Assembly: GCF_025526975.1 (NCBI RefSeq)
Contig: NW_026515668.1
Coordinates: 1,550,001 to 1,614,000 of the forward strand
Direction of reading: 5' to 3'
Length of the DNA stretch: 64,000 nt
From: Fimicolochytrium jonesii
Lineage: Eukaryota
A model generated the notes under the pieces. That model was not told where the DNA came from. It made no database searches and saw only the letters and a program-made list of their open reading frames with translations. A program made the position numbers and the translations under genes. Of the stretch, positions 61,693 to 64,000 are shown piece by piece; position 1 is the stretch's first letter, and every line of letters begins with the position of its first letter.

Positions 61693-62778
61693 TAACTGTA
61701 TGTACAACATATGTAAAACGAGCTGACCACACCCTTACACCGCAAGGCCCAACGCTCATACGCCCGGCAGAGTGTACTTCCGTCTCCTCATGTGGACCCA
61801 CGCTGCGCATGCTTCAACAATAAGTGTTCCGGGGCTTCTTCGCCTTGCATCGCGACGTGCAGAAACACATACTGCTCACAACGCCCTCGCCTTCATCCTC
61901 ATGCGCATGTCGCCCGGAATTGTTCCATAGTTTTCGTGTGCTTTACTCCGATCTCCTTGCTCACGACCTCGATCGCCGGTCGCCTTCCCCCGGTCAGCGA
62001 GATGCGAAGCTACTCGCTATATCTTTACAGCATCCGGAGGCAAACTTCGGCATTAGTTTTTTGCAGAACGTGGGAAAAAAACTGACAGGTTGCAACACGG
62101 GTCATGAAGGGATCCCGGGCAATTGGGTTGTAGAGGTAATATCCAGTGCCATTAGCGGGAAGTTGACCTTAATCTTAACTCCTCTTAAGCATATATGATG
62201 CTAATTAATATTGCGCGATTGGATCTTTTTGGCAATGGCAAGAAAGGCAGGCGTGTCGAACCATTTGATTAGGGCGTTGTTAAAGAAAGGGCATCTAGTG
62301 ACAACAAGGAGATCGGCCAAGATTGGGAACCAACGCCCCATTCGCGCACAACACAACTTGCACAACCACCCAATTCAGGGCTCAATAAACGCAGGGCAAG
62401 CCGCAAACCTCAATAGGACGAACGGACGTCTTCCCCTCAGGCAATAACACCACTCGCTGCACGCTTTGGTTTTTACTCAGCCGTCGCCCAGAACAGGGAG
62501 GAAAGTGTTCCAAAGGGGCATTAGAAGTGTGAAGTGGCTCTTCATACACCGACTTCGAAATTCGGGCGACTCCTACTTTCGCTCAGCCGCAAGTCTCCTC
62601 TGGACCATTCGAGAGAGTTCAGCCACGGAAGAACGCACAGTGTGGCCTCCAAAATCGAACAGCTGCCCAAAAGGCGCTTGAGAGCTAGTGGGGGGTGGAA
62701 TATTGATCAGGGGCGAGCTTCAGTTCGGACGGTCGATAGGAATTAAGTTTTCCAACGGAGCGCCGATTGTTTCTTACA

Positions 62779-64000
62779 ATGGCGATAAAGGTAGTCCGTG
62801 CACTGTACGACTATGCTGGGTCGGAAGACTCTGGGCTCTCCTTCAGAAAGGGAGATATTATTCAGGTGCTTACACAACTGGACAGCGGATGGTGGGATGG
62901 TCTGCTTTATGGCGAACGTGGCTGGTTCCCTTCGAATTACGTGGGTGAACCAGAGACGTTGAAAGATGCACCAACAGCCGATCAAGTTCAGGTGAGGAAT
63001 CGAAGGACGGCGTCTTTCATAAACCTACACGTTTGGCTCGACATGTACTCAATTCTGGGCTATGCATATAGGGTAGCGTATGGGTTCGGCAGATTGGACA
63101 CCTGGGAAACATCTACTATTTTAACCGCGATACTGGAGCAACCACACAAGATACGCCCACTACATTTGCACCGGCGACCGAGTCGAATGGAAACGCTGCT
63201 GACTACTTTGGCGCGGCGACCAACGCCTTGGATCTTCCGCCTGGCTGGATTGTGTACGATGCAGAGGCTGGGGGCCCGATGTACTACAATCACTACACAA
63301 AGGAGACTCGATGGACTCGTCCTGAAACCGAGGGTGACCTAGCGCCGGACTCGGCGACTACTCGGTCATCTGTCCCTTCGTCTCCCGGTGGTCTGCTCAC
63401 CCCTACATCATCGCGCGGCAGCTTCTCCTTCTCTCGTCAATCCTCTATCCTCTCGCGGTCAGATCAGTCCTCGTCTCGGCCGTCCACCGCCTCAACATCA
63501 CCGACCAGTACCACTGCCAATCGGGCATCACAAGGCCTTCCACCCAACTGGGGAATGAAAGTGACGCTCGAACGACGCCCATATTATTACAATATGGTGA
63601 CCGATGAGACGACCTGGACATTGGAAGATATTGACACGGAGACGGGCAACCTGGTCCCGTCGCCGCAACGCAAACCGAGCAACGCGTCTGTTAACTCAGA
63701 GAGATCTTCCATGGGAAGCCATTCTTCAATCTTGAACATGCTACCGCCAATATTACCGACCGACGAAGCCGTCAGCTCACCTAACCTGACATGGGCAAAG
63801 CTGGCCAACGACATCATCTCTCGCATCCATCAACTCAACCAGTACGCAAAACATGGCAAAAAGGAAGGCTTCGTGTCTCAGTCGTCTCTTATCGTCGAGT
63901 CGATTCGCATCATGCTCTACGCATCGGGCACAGCACGGAAGGACGCTCCTTCTGTCGCCTCGCACAAGATGGTCAAAGTCCATCATAGGCAGATCATGAG
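62779..64000 (+). CDS. 5' part of a Cdc25-like Ras GEF (SH3, three WW-like domains, start of a helical region); runs off the window end
   Basis: SH3 domain VRALYDY..LSFRKGDII..SGWWDG..RGWFPSNYV. After intron 62992-63071 come WVRQ..IYYFNRDTG, LPPGW..YYNHYTKETRWTRP and LPPNW..YYYNMVTDETTW, then IVESIRIMLYASGT. The catalytic domain is not in the window, so the RasGEF call is inferred from architecture. Confidence 0.7.

Overview
Gene-dense, intron-rich eukaryotic DNA from a fungus, almost certainly a zoosporic (chytrid-type) one: it carries the axonemal gene EFHC1/RIB72, a fungalysin (M36) and GT-AG introns of mostly 60-90 nt. I can reconstruct about 19 protein genes: a secreted repeat polyprotein, a GT31 glycosyltransferase, a SAM-methyltransferase/D-Ala-D-Ala-ligase-like fusion, DBP2, a PAK kinase, AP-2 beta, RPS25, EFHC1, GST, a PPR-like protein, BAP31, LIS1/NudF, an HMMR-like coiled-coil protein, fungalysin, a PHD-SET protein, an F-box-like ORF, a HAD phosphatase, a P4-ATPase and the 5' part of an SH3-WW RasGEF. 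There is also one tRNA-Val(CAC) with two tRNA half-fragments beside it, a Ty1/copia RNase H relic and an 836-bp internally deleted pogo/Tigger-type DNA transposon. The most interesting items are: (1) a prokaryote-type methyltransferase + ATP-grasp ligase fusion that carries a spliceosomal intron; (2) an HMMR-like gene whose 424-nt intron encodes an in-frame alternative transmembrane, possibly KASH-like, C-terminus; (3) a kexin-processable polyprotein that would release Gln-initiated, Thr-rich peptides, encoded next to a glycosyltransferase. Exon boundaries were read by eye and family calls rest on recognised motifs; no database searches were run.
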